Below, one piece after another: positions 51,867 through 64,000 of a stretch of 64,000 nt of DNA. Both the position numbers and the translations under genes were made by a program. Origin of the DNA: Antedon mediterranea (taxonomy: Eukaryota > Animalia > Echinodermata); NCBI RefSeq assembly GCF_964355755.1, contig NC_092680.1:2604001-2668000 (forward strand), written 5' to 3'. The first letter of the stretch is position 1. Every line of letters starts with the position of its first letter. Below the pieces are notes generated by a model. The model worked only from the letters and a program-made list of their open reading frames with translations, had not been told where the DNA came from and did no database searches.

Positions 51867-52101
51867 AGCTTGGTTTCCACTAGGAAGCAACGCAAGGACT
51901 AAGCGCAACGCAACCGAATTGACCAATCCAAGCGACAGTTCGGATAATCCATCGCTTGTGATTGGTCAAGTTAAGCGTGGTTCCCACTAGCTACGCAACG
52001 CAAGGACGTAAGTACAACGCAACCGAGTTGACCAATGACAAGCCCTGATCGAATAATCAATCGCTTGTGATTGGTTCTTGCGTCCTAGTGGGAATCAGGC
52101 T
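51867..52101. mobile_element. MITE family B, tandem or nested pair
   Basis: Two left ends (51867 and ~51974) and one right end. Confidence 0.78.
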
Positions 52102-52942
52102 TTAGTAATCATGCAATGACACACGGAATTATGATGAAACAGACCCACGCGTTTTAACACGTATTATCGTCGATTTTATGTATAGGGAAACACCATAACT
52201 AAATTTTCCTGTTGTTACAAAAGCTTATTTGCAAGCTATTTGTATACCTTATAAAATACATTACAAAATGTGAAATGTTATTATGTTTGTTCCACTCAAT
52301 GGCCAATTGATGTCAAGCATCACATTCGGTCATGCAATAATGACATTGAAAAATAAATCAAAACACAAAAATGTTTTATCATATTTTTGATGCATATAAA
52401 ATAATAATGAAACCGGTTGGACGGTTTAGCAATGACAGTTATCTTTCATTGCATTATCCATACATTTTATTCACCATTGAATCTGATGTGTTGCCACTTA
52501 TATTTATAGTAATTCAGTCTAGTTATCATTTTTTTACTCATGTAAAACAGAAAATAATGAATATCTCTATAGTTTTCACTTTTTTTTTCTCTAGAAATGA
52601 ATTATCAAAACTTTACTCCGCAAATGTCTTCAAATTATTAAGGTTGAAACGGCACTCTTGGGTCATGATGAATTCCGTGTTCCTCATTAGGTTCTCTTCT
52701 AATTTCAAAGGTCACTGTTTTTTAAACCTTAAGCCTCATTCCCACTAGGACGCAATGTAACGTCGTAAGCCACAAATTAAAAACAATATCGTGAAAATTT
52801 TGAGGGCGCTGTTTTCTTCATATTACCTGTGGGCATTTTCACATTAAGTTATCAATTAGTGGGTATAGCAGCTTCCTTTCCATCTTATTTTATTATCTTT
52901 CATCAAATTTCCTTGTAACTCAACAAACCTCATTCAAACTAA

Positions 52943-53260
52943 GGCCGTGTTTCCGCAGTAAAAAATTAACCGCTAAAAATCAAACCGATAATTAACCGAT
53001 AAACTGCCTGTGGAAACGGGGTTTAACCGATTCCACTCGAGAAAAATTAACCGATAATTATCTCGTTCAAATAAAATAATTATCCGGATAAATGCGATAA
53101 TTTTAACCTTTGACCTGAAGGATAAATCGTTGCGTTGTGATGGGGTCTTGGTTGTTCTGTAATATCTGATCATGCGCCTTTATTTTTTTTTAAATTAATT
53201 ATTTGATTGGTTAAAAAATTAACCGATATTAATTTTGGTTATGGCTGTGGCAACACGGCC
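52943..53260. mobile_element. Harbinger-like MITE (family C)
   Basis: GGCCGTGTT...AACACGGCC termini, TAA/TTA flanks, internal TTAACCGAT repeats. Confidence 0.65.
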
Positions 53261-53996
53261 TTAGTGTTTCAACTCTGTAATTTGATTTGGACCCGACTCG
53301 GCAATAACTTATGTGACCTCTGTAACTTTGACCTGGTCAATTTGCTTTATTTCAATAAAGTAACTTTGTTCAATTCAGCAACTTGACTAAATCACCACAA
53401 ATGGACGTTTAGCAGTTTATTCGAAAATAAACCTAAACATTCGTTGCAAAAGTAATGTTAGAGATGGATGATTAAAACCACATTAGGACAAAGCCACTTT
53501 AATACCTCTTTTACACCGCCAGCAAAAATACGGGTCCGCAATTATGTAACCCGAGTCGTACCAGGGACGCAGAAATGCGGAAATGTAGGCCGGTGTAAAC
53601 GACGTAAAAAAGTAGTAGTTCAGCTAACAGCCCGGGTAAGTAATGCAGAATGTATTCGGCGTAAATTCAACCCGGGACGAACCGGTGTTCGTGGTGTAAA
53701 CAGTCAATATAAACATTACTTATAGGCCTAATGAGTTCAGGCATACCCAAAAACTATTTTCAAAGCTTGAATTGGACTCGTCAACAAACTTGATTTTCAA
53801 ATATTTGCAATATAATTTTTAACTCGTCTAACATACCAACTCGTCAACTTTCCTTTAACTCTAAATTTTTTTTTCTAACTCGGCAACTAATAATGGGTTC
53901 AGAAAAACTCCGAAAATATTTCAATCTGATTTGGCCTTGGCAACCAACTTAATCCAAAACCTTTGCAACACTAATCATTATTTTTAATTTGAACTC

Positions 53997-54237
53997 TGCA
54001 ACCTTGTCCACCACCTCGACAACTTGATTGCAACCGTGTCCACCACCTCGACAACTTGATTGCAACCTTGTCCACCACCTCGACAACTTGATTGCAACCT
54101 TGTCCACCACCTCGACAACTTGATTGCAACCTTGTCCACCACCTCGACAACTTGATTGCAACCTTGTCCACCACCTCGACAACTTGATTTAAAGTTGCAA
54201 CCGTGTCCACCACCTCGACAACTTGATTTAAAGTTGC
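53997..54237. repeat. 32-bp minisatellite, ~7 copies
   Basis: TGCAACCTTGTCCACCACCTCGACAACTTGAT. Confidence 0.95.
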
Positions 54238-54723
54238 TCGTGTGTCCGTTAGTGTAAACGATCTCCGCTGATTTAAGCAAATGGACGTCAAGCAATTTAT
54301 TAGAAAATAAACCTGAACATTTATTAGAAAAGTAATATCAAAGATGGATGAATGAAACCACATGAAGACTAAGTCACTTAAGCCGAGTCAAACATTATTC
54401 ATATAATGGGTTTCAGGCACATACATACTTGCCGTAATTGCTTTTATAATGCAATTGCCAGCTCAAAGTTTCCACTTGTGTTAATCGATTAGTTTTTATT
54501 TTAAGTTTTTTTTTGTTTTTTTTTGGCTCAGTCTGGAAATCAGAAAATCAATGTTTAAATAGTGGAACTGTATCGAGTCACATGTGTCACATGAATAATA
54601 TCAATATCACGCTTTGGAAATCATGGTAGGTGGAAATGGTAAAAACAAATACAGCATTCTCATATATCGAAAACCACAAATGTGGTGTAGTTGATACATA
54701 AACGTACAAACTATATATTTTAA

Positions 54724-54863
54724 GCTCTGTCTACACTATCCAACGTTATGTGACAAAAAAAAACGTGATGTTTCCATATATGGAAGCGATGACGTCATAT
54801 CACTACGATATTAGGGTACATCGCACTTTATTTGTGTATAACAAGTTTGACAGTGTAGACGGA
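54724..54863. mobile_element. MITE family A (diverged)
   Basis: Left TIR intact, right TIR degenerate. Confidence 0.75.
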
Positions 54864-56009
54864 ACATAACACATTGAAACTAAGGAACATATCAAAATCT
54901 ACAGGGGTTTGAATTTATTTTCAATACAATAAATATTGTGTTCTCATAACCGACCCACAGAACAAATAGCCGTTTAGAATCCAAATTCTAGCTCATTTTT
55001 CAAACGTCATGTAATGGCATTTGCCAATATTAAGGGCCTACAACAACGAACTGAAGTCAATTAAAACTATGCAGGACTTTGAAACGAATTTAAACTAATT
55101 TCTCCATTCGTTAAACCAATCTAAGAATTGAAAAGGGAAGACAAAACTCGGTCGCTTTGAAAAAAAACCCCAAAAAATATAAGTATAGCGTACATAAAAG
55201 TAGGTCAACCAACAATTTGCTTATTACTGTAGCAATTGTTGGCTGCTATATTTCCCATTATAACATATAGGTACTGTACTGCAATTTCGCGGTGGAAATC
55301 CATAGCGCCATTATCAATACAAAATCCGCCGCTGCGGTAAAAGGCGGCGCTCATATTTTTGCCGCGCGGCGCACTACGCAGGTTGCACACTAAAAATTGG
55401 CCTAGCACGTAGCAGACAAATCCGGACGGCCGTTGAATACTGTAGACCGTTACCGTTAATGAATGGCAGCCAACGATGTCTGGTGTAATAAACTATATTG
55501 CAGTATTGGCTTTTGTAGCTATTTGATTTTAAACAGGATGTTGCATTATCTTTGTTGATGTTGCTCTTTACTACTCATAAACATGAACTGCAGTTAACAT
55601 TCATTATGCAGTTCCGGTTTTAAAAACATAAAACGAAACATTCGAACATAAACGTTAACAAACGTATTGTAAGTCATTCTTTTTAGGTACAATTGACAAT
55701 TAACATTTGTGTTTTTGTTCAACTTAAACCATGTAAAGCTCACCAGACGACGAGGGGGTTAGCAACACATCAATTTATTTCTGAACAATTGTAACATTTA
55801 TAATTGTCAATGTACCACGAAGAATGAATTATACAATACATTTGTTAACCGTTATTTTCAAGCATTTCAATTGTGCTTCTACTGATAATGTATGTTATAG
55901 CATAGAGATATTATGGTTATAGTTATTTTCAGAATATCCAAATTAATATGTATTTTATTTTGTTACGCATATATTTATAATATGTAATTAATATGTTAAA
56001 TGCAACCTT

Positions 56010-56750
56010 TCATTATCATTGTATCATTCTGCTCTTCCTCATTATTGTGCTTCCATTCATTCTGATCCCAACTCTTCATTCTCCTCCTTCTCTTTCCCTT
56101 CATTCTCATCATCTCCTTCATTCTCCCTCCTACCTTATTCTGTTTATGCTTCTCTTATTCATTCGTATTCTTCCCTTCATCCTTATTCTTCCCTTCATTT
56201 TCATTGTCCCCTTCATTCTGTTCCTCTTCATTATTGTCCTTCCATTCATTCCGATCCTACACTTTGTTCTCCTCCTAATTCCCTTTCTCTTTCATCTCCC
56301 CTATCTTATTCTGTCTATACTCTTCCTCCTATTCATCCTTATTCTTCCTTTCATTATCATTGTCATATTCATTATAGCTCCTTCCATATCATTCATTCTG
56401 ATCCTACACTTCGTTCTCCTCCTAATTCCCTTTCTCTTTCATCTCCCATATCTTATTCTGTCTATACTCTTCCTCCTATTCATTCTTATTCTTCCCTTCA
56501 TTATCATTGTCATATTCATTATAGCTCCTTCCATATCATTCATTCTAATCCTACACTTCGTTCTCCTCCTAATTCCCTTTTTCTTTCATTCTCACTCCTA
56601 CATTATTCGTCTATACTCCTCCTATTCATCCTTATTCTTCTCTTCATTGCCATTGTCACCGTCACTCATCCTTCTTTATATCATCCTCCTTCCCCCATTA
56701 CCCTCCCCTTCATTCTCTTCTATCTCACATGTATCTCTCATCTTCATTCT
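56010..56750. repeat. Pyrimidine-rich low-complexity tract with 147-bp periodicity
   Basis: CTACACTTYGTTCTCCTCCTAATTCCC recurs at 56257, 56404 and 56551. Confidence 0.85.
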
Positions 56751-57972
56751 ATAGAATTCTGTAATATTAACCAACTAATATCCAGCATCTCATTTTGTGT
56801 TTGCACAAGAGATAGTTTCGGAAGAAATCTTCTTTATTTTGAAAAGACAAAAACAAAACAATGAGTGTTATTATTAAGTATTTCTAATCATTATTGGAAC
56901 AACTTTATCCACTTATTGTTATTGACCGTCCAGGTTTGGTCTTGTAATCGAATATCTTATCTCTAATTATAGTATTGGAAGATAATCGCGGTCGATATTT
57001 TCTATTTCTATAGTTTGGTCTTAATTTCAAATTATCCATCCTTAATGGTGTATGCAAGAGTATATAACGAGTTTTGAACAATAAAACGACATGTTCAACA
57101 CCAAGAAACTGTGAGGCTAACATGCCAAATGGCGTCCCATACCACACGCGTGTGTCACGGTTTAACAACTATATAACACCTCATTCTTTAAATAACCTCT
57201 CTCAAAAAAGCGTTGGAAAAACGTACAGTATAAACTTGTCGGCCATAAACTGCAGTAACATGTGTCAATTGCTGTAGTCAAAAGACAAGAAACTGTAGGA
57301 GTTTATTTAACCTAGACACAATGCCGTACAAAAATTGGGTGGTTTTTGCCAAGCGTCATGTTTAACCAAGGTGTATTATTTATTTATTATAAAGGACATT
57401 TCTATTTCCGAATGTTCTCAAATAACAACATCTGTATTAAAATTTCATCTTGCAGATATGTTTCAATCAAATCGATACGAATATAAATAAGAGAATATAA
57501 ATAAGACAAGATGTATTCACACATCTCAGATTTCGACATTTTCACCTTTAATATTCATACCTTAGAAAAGACACAAATACTTACATTTAACCATTATTTA
57601 TTATTTATATTATGAAAGTATATTAGCAACGAAGACCCGTTACATCGTACAGTACAGTACAGTGACAAAAAATCAATAAATTCTAAAAAAATATGAAATA
57701 AAAAATTCGAATAGTAAATTCATTATGGTCTTGTTTTGGTATATAATTAATTTGGTAAGGGACCCAACAATCCCCTTATTTGAACGCAACGCAAGCGTGT
57801 TGACCAATGACAAGCGACAGTTTCCATCGCTTGTGATTGGTCAAATCAGACACTTTACATTGCCTCTCTCCACCCAGGTGTATAAAATTGGGTGCGCCAT
57901 ATAAGAATGAACTATTATATTATTATACTGTATATTGTCCCTCATTCGTTTCAAGGAAAAGTGTTCCCTTAG

Positions 57973-58296
57973 AGATGTATTGTCCCCCAAAAACATGAAA
58001 AACGAAGATTAATTAAATCAGACTTTGAATATGTTATTTTTTAGTTTTAATAAAGTTAATCACTTCGGTAGAAAAAAAAAATGTTTTTACTTATAAAATG
58101 ACAAAATAACTGGTTAAATTTCACCAAAAACCATTGACTGGTAACCAATTTGACTATTTTTTGCTTTAAATTACAGTTTTTTCAGGTAAATACATTTTTT
58201 TTCGATCCAATTTGTGGTCAGAGTGAATAACTATTATTTTACATTAAAATGGCATATTAAAAAAAAAAAAATTTTTTTCAGTGGGAAAATACATCT
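57973..58296. mobile_element. Non-autonomous TIR element (Kolobok-like); partial copy at ~18390-18560
   Basis: AGATGTATTGTCCC ... GGGAAAATACATCT-TTAA termini; internal similarity to 18390-18560. Confidence 0.55.
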
Positions 58297-59296
58297 TTAA
58301 TAGGGATGTCCTTTGAATATGGGTTTCTCACTTTTTGCTACCCGCTACTTCAGCTTTAGCTGGATCAAGCTCCACACATATAGATTACAGTTATATTTTT
58401 ACAATATATGACACGCCTTAGGCAGATTTGGCAAAATATTGAAATCAAGAAAGACATAAATAAATCGAACATCGAATAAATATTCCTCCGAAGTATGTTA
58501 AAACATTAAGATGAATTTTGAAATCGACCCATATGAAATTGAAATCATGCATGTTTTTTTTTATTTCTAAAGTTTAAACTATAACAACTACACATTACAA
58601 TTTGTACTTTTAAAGCTCATGTACATGCATGAATTTTAAATATAATATTTGTTCATGAATGTATTTATTTATTTAGGCCTAATAATGTTTTAGTCTCAAC
58701 GATTATAAGCAATGTCTTAGTTCAGTCGAAGATGCTCTCCATGTGGAATGCCATCCTGAGATGAGTAGTAGTAATTAGTCATGTTTATTTTATTTATATG
58801 TAATTTTACCTTTTATGGACCAAAGATTCCGAAATAAAAGATTAAATGAATGAATAACATAAATCATGACGAAAAAACATAAATTTCATTTAAAATTATC
58901 AAATACAAAATTTGAAAAAAAATTCTGCTATAAAAACCAGAGATTTTTTCAGTAGTTAGGTAGTTTAACTTAATGCCATAACATGTGTGGTGACTCCCTG
59001 GACTGCTAGAAACTGAAAAAAATAAAAACTCCATTATTACCTATATTTAGTCATCTGATTACATTTACCACACCTTTTAATCACATTTGTGTACAAAAGA
59101 ATAGAGATTTGACTTAATTTGAACTATGCCACCACTGATAAGATCGTGTAACACAAAAAGTATGAAACATATGGGAAACTACAGATCGATAATTATTGGA
59201 ATGTATGATCAATAGAAATGTTTTGCCCGTACTCGATCTTTAAGCATCAGGAACCCAACTTGTGTTCATGACAATAACGATTTATCTTATCTAAAG

Positions 59297-59429
59297 ATGT
59301 GTCTACTATCAAACTTTATGTGATAAAAATGTTAAGTGGCCATATTGACATGATGATGTCATATCACTACCATATTTGGGCACATAACACTTTTTTTTGT
59401 CAAATTAATTTGATAGTGTAGACAGAGCT
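59297..59429. mobile_element. MITE family A
   Basis: Right TIR intact, left TIR degenerate. Confidence 0.78.
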
Positions 59430-60148
59430 TTATGTTACATTTGCACATGTCCATAATTACAGTAATTTACGATATTATAGAGTTTTGTCATTGTTATGAT
59501 GGAAGTACGTCAGCCAGTGCTAAAGGCCTGGCAACCGATGCATTACACATTTTGTAGAAATACCTATTCAATTCGCATTTGCAGGTTTTGGTAAGACGTT
59601 TCGATATTAAATAAAATTGATGTATAGTTTGACAATATTATGGTAAAAGAAATGAAAATTTACTTTTCTTAAGAAGATTGATGGTAAATTATTACCTAGT
59701 ATGATGACTTCAATTTTAAAATCTCGCTTCGGCGGAATCTATACAGTTTGAATAGATAATTGACAATTATATTCGTCATGTTCTGTCTATCTGAAATTCG
59801 TATTAAAAACAAAATTGATCATCGCAGATGAGCCAACAGTCGCCCTTGGAGATTTCAGTGCACAGCGTTAACTATGTGGCTCTGAGTTTATTCGTTTTAA
59901 AAATAAGTTCAAAGTAATGTTTGTTATAGTGCCATTAACTATTGACTCTCGTTTGAGCATCAATACGCGGCGCGGTGAACACTCAACAATATTTACACGC
60001 GAAGCGCCATGCGTCAAGCGTCAAATCGAACCGTAATTTTGTTGCGACGGACGACTTCAACTTGGAACATGAAATCGAACTCAACTAAACGTATTTAAAT
60101 TCTATACGAAGTTAATGACTTGCGCTTGTGAACATTTGAGCGCGTTAA

Positions 60149-60306
60149 TGCGTGGTTCCCACTAGAGACGCAACACAACGACGTAACGCAATGTAAGGGG
60201 TTTGACCAATCACAACCGATGGATTATTCGAACTGTCGCTTGTCATTGGTCAACTCGCTTGCGTTGCGTCTACGTCCTTACGTTGCGTCCTAGTGGGAAC
60301 CAAGCT
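60149..60306. mobile_element. MITE family B
   Basis: TIRs GCGTGGTTCCCACTAG / CTAGTGGGAACCAAGCT. Confidence 0.82.
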
Positions 60307-62864
60307 TTAAGCCGGTTTTACGAAAATATTATCGGCTTAGTTGCATTTTAGAGTGACTTTATAGGCCACCTTACACAATACTTTGAATCTCGCCTGCATT
60401 TTATTTTTAATATTTTGTATGTTACACTCCGTCACCTATGATCTTTTAAAACGTGTCACTGGTTTAAAATTAGTAAAATGATGTGATCTATAGTCTAGTT
60501 TTGTATGCTAAACCTGGTGCCTTTATTCGCGTCATTAGGTTTTTTTTAGGAGTTTGATTAATGTCGTGTAATTCCAATAAAAGACAAATAGTTGAGTATT
60601 CCATGCCAGTTTGGCCGAGATATCATGTAAGGTTATATGACATGGATCCAGTAACAAGCAAGGCATAAGCGGCAATGTTTTAAATGCCGTCAGAATTAGA
60701 GCTCTACGTTCATTAGTTTAACAACCCAATGGATTCTTTCTTACCCGTACTTCTCTTAAAACAGACTGTCTTAGCATGTACAATTGTCAATAAATTCTTT
60801 GTCTCTGATTTCTTTGATCAGTTTTTGATTTACGGTTCGACCCAAAATAATAAAATTGTGAGTTACTTATCAGATTAAAGCAATCAAACAGTGTTTAATA
60901 AGGTATGAGAAGAAAACTGCGGACTATTTTTAGGATATTTTGTAGATTCATAAATTTTTTAACTCGTAATAATAGCATTTGAAAGAAGTTCGACAATTGA
61001 TTTACCATACTTTTTTTACTGTTTGCACATGTACACGTTTATCTGGCGAAGAAACTAGATGTATCTAATTTGAGTGTTTATTTTGTCTGTTATCATCATA
61101 TTTATAAGGAAATTTTAATAATCCTCAGCTCTACATGACATGACAACCACATTACAGAGCCAACCTTGAACACCGGTGTACACCGGAGTAACCCCTTACT
61201 CTTTATGAAAAGTGCTCACGAGCCAGAAATGTATACAAGGGACCTCCAGTTTTAATACCTTTTCCGATAAATTTATTTATTTTATTTATTTGTTTAACAA
61301 CATCAACAACAAGTGTTCTTGTTTTTACCACTAGAACAATAAATGGTAAAGAAGAGCATTTTAAGAACCTTTGCCAATTATATGGCTTTATTTGCGGCGC
61401 CCCATACTCGCTCGCGGCCACTCTGGACTCGGCAGTTTTTGGTTCGATTCTAATGTTTTGACCATCAAGGGGAGTATTCCTCCATTTATGGCAAAACAAT
61501 GTTTAGGATAATACAGATCATAGAAAGTCACAGAACTGCTTTTGTTTTTCAGTTTTATATGTTTTCAAAAAAATGTTTTTTAAATAATGAAATAAACAAT
61601 TTTTGTTTTGCGTTAAATATTTTGTTGTATCTCATGGACCGGATATTTATGAGAAATAAATGTACTCTAACCTTGCGTGTAAAATTTAATATTATTTTTC
61701 TTTCATTTTGTATAAATCGAATTGATCTTTACCCCACCTTCAAGCTAAAATCGTCTGGGGTTTTGTTATTAAATGACAACCATTTTTGTATATTCTTCAT
61801 TGACATTTAGACAGATAGTCCATCATTTACAGAAGCCGTGTCTATTCTGTAATATATCACAGAAATACGATCGCGCTCGCGTGCAAAACATATTAAATGA
61901 AGCTCAGGTTTCCTCCTGGGTAGGCCTACAAAAGAGCCATAGACAAAACAAAAATCAATTTTGCAAATAAACTAACAATTTCTATATTCCCTCTTCCACG
62001 ACGTCTTTTCTTTCGTAGTTTCATGAATTGCATTGCGAGATTATTATCTCGAGTATTACCTGTCATGCGTGATCATTTTGTTTTGTATGGTTTTTGGATT
62101 AAAGACATTTTTAAATTGGAAATGGGGAGTGCGTTGATAATTTGTATTGAATGATTGTGTCTGTAGATTTCATTAAACTATATGCACTCTCTCATTACAA
62201 AAAGATAATAGTGTTGTTAAGGAATGCATTGGTTAACGCGTGGTATTTAATTCTATATAATATAATGATTAGGCCTACTTTAATGTGTTCTTTAGAATAC
62301 AAATACAAATAGAAAAAACACACCAAATACAGGCCGAAATGTTATAATAAGTTTTTGAGAATTGAAAGATATTTACGATCTTAGTTCAACTCGGTTATCA
62401 TTTTACTACTTATAGTAAGTTGTATGGATCTGTATTTCCAATTAAATTTTAAATGTGTACATAATCTCCGGGCGTGAAGATGATGATTGATGAATCAGTC
62501 AGTCGAATAAGCATCCTGTTCTTGGAAAGCACTTCTAGTACTAAAATGCATTATTTACCTGAAATGTACAGGGCAAATTTTTAATTACAACACGAGTTTC
62601 CAATAAAGCAACTATATATTCGAAATGACATGTCATATAAACGTCTTCATCGAATAACCAGGTAATGTAACGTACACATCGGCGTTTATGCGATCATAAG
62701 CGTCTCAGTCAAATTTAAATCACCGCACTGGAACATGTACACGTCACCTCGGCGTTTATTCACTGGAACATGTACATGTTTATGTGTTCACAGTAGCATC
62801 TCAGCAGTACTGTCGAATAAGCAGTTTATGCGATCATAAGCGCCTTCTAGTCGAATTTAAATCA

Positions 62865-63566
62865 CAGCACTTGAAAGTTACGTTACACCTACCGTTTATG
62901 TGCTCATAGTCTCAGCAGTACAATAGTCGAATAAGCACAGCACTTGAACGTTACGTTACACCTAGCGTTTATGTGTTCATAGTCTCCGCAGTACAATAGT
63001 CGAATAAGCACAGCACTTGAACGTTACGTTACACCTAGCGTTTATGTGTTCATAGTCTCCGCAGTACAATAGTCGAATAAGCACAGCACTTGAACGTTAC
63101 GTTACACCTAGCGTTTATGTGCTCATAATCTCAGCAGTACAATAGTCGAATAAGCACAGCACTTGAACGTTACGTTACACCTAGCGTTTATGTGTTCATA
63201 GTCTCCGCAGTACAATAGTCGAATAAGCACAGCACTTGAACGTTACGTTACACCTAGCGTTTATGTGTTCATAGTCTCAGCAGTACAATAGTCGAATAAG
63301 CACAGCACTTGAACGTTACGTTACACCTAGCGTTTATGTACTCATAGTCTCAGCAGTACAATAGTCTAATAAGCACAGCACTTGAACGTTACGTTACACC
63401 TAGCGTTTATGTGTTCATAGTCTCCGCAGTACAATAGTCGAATAAGCACAGCACTTGAACGTTACGTTACACCTAGCGTTTATGTGCTCATAGTCTCAGC
63501 AGTACAATAGTCGAATAAGCACAGCACTTGAACGTTACGTTACACCTAGCGTTTATGTGTTCATAG
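62865..63566. repeat. 73-bp tandem repeat, ~9.5 copies
   Basis: CAGCACTTGAACGTTACGTTACACCTAGCGTTTATGTGTTCATAGTCTCMGCAGTACAATAGTCGAATAAGCA. Confidence 0.95.
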
Positions 63567-64000
63567 TAGCGTCTCAGATGTTTACATCTCGGTTTTCATT
63601 CAATCTTGTATTTAATCAAGTTGATGTGAAGAATTCGTTGAAAACACACGTCCCTAAAGCAACATATGATGAGAATACGAATATGAAACTGTTTTTTTGT
63701 CCTGTAATTAATTTAATAAGACAGGTTTCATTATAATACGTGAGATTTGCTGAATTCTGGGTTTAATTTGATAAAGTTATAATAACCAAGTTCATTATTT
63801 TAATTTTAAATATCAGGGTTGGCATAAATATAATGTCTCCCGAGATCTGCACAATTACCTGTAATGCATTCGTTTTTCAAATTCAGAAAGAGACATTTAG
63901 TCAATATTTGATCAATTTTATTATTGAAAAACGTTAAGCCACAGTGTATTATTTTATAGCTTAAAGGCAGCAGTCAGCTAGCAGCATAATTGTTTGATAA

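Noticed and set aside
53949-54363. Overlapping minus-strand ORFs with repeated peptides
   Set aside because: Translations of a 32-bp tandem repeat whose unit is not a multiple of 3.
55993-56864. 253-aa and 281-aa ORFs
   Set aside because: Artefacts of a pyrimidine-rich 147-bp repeat that lacks stops on the + strand; no domain, and the minus-strand frames contain stops.
61380-61455. B-box-like GGTTCGATTC in a GC-rich patch
   Set aside because: No cloverleaf or convincing A box.
62865-63566. CRISPR-like appearance of the tandem arrays (also 28369-28733 and 53997-54237)
   Set aside because: No unique spacers, no cas genes, eukaryotic context.

Overview
AT-rich eukaryotic (animal) genomic DNA with spliced genes and many short repeats. 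Gene content and repeat style suggest an invertebrate deuterostome such as an echinoderm, but that is inference. Four genes can be assembled by hand with GT-AG introns and consistent phases. (1) A PDE8-family cAMP phosphodiesterase on the minus strand: 15 coding exons from 34390 down to 703, with the 3' end outside the window. (2) SMN on the plus strand: 8 coding exons, 296 aa. (3) A SERF/4F5-family gene on the minus strand: 3 exons, 61 aa, tail-to-tail with SMN. (4) SUB1/PC4 on the plus strand: 4 exons, 107 aa. Non-coding content includes about 17 copies of one Harbinger/Tourist-type MITE, a second MITE family, a 5'-truncated Rex1/Babar-like LINE nested in a MITE, a probable non-autonomous Helitron, SINE fragments and six tandem arrays. 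Of most interest are a minimal Penelope-type hammerhead ribozyme motif, two tRNA-like cloverleaves with anticodons normally absent from eukaryotes (Asp-ATC, Val-GAC), the SMN-SERF-PDE8 linkage also seen at human 5q13, and TAGGCCTA tracts in the first coding introns of all four genes. All exon calls and folds were made by eye; no databases were searched.
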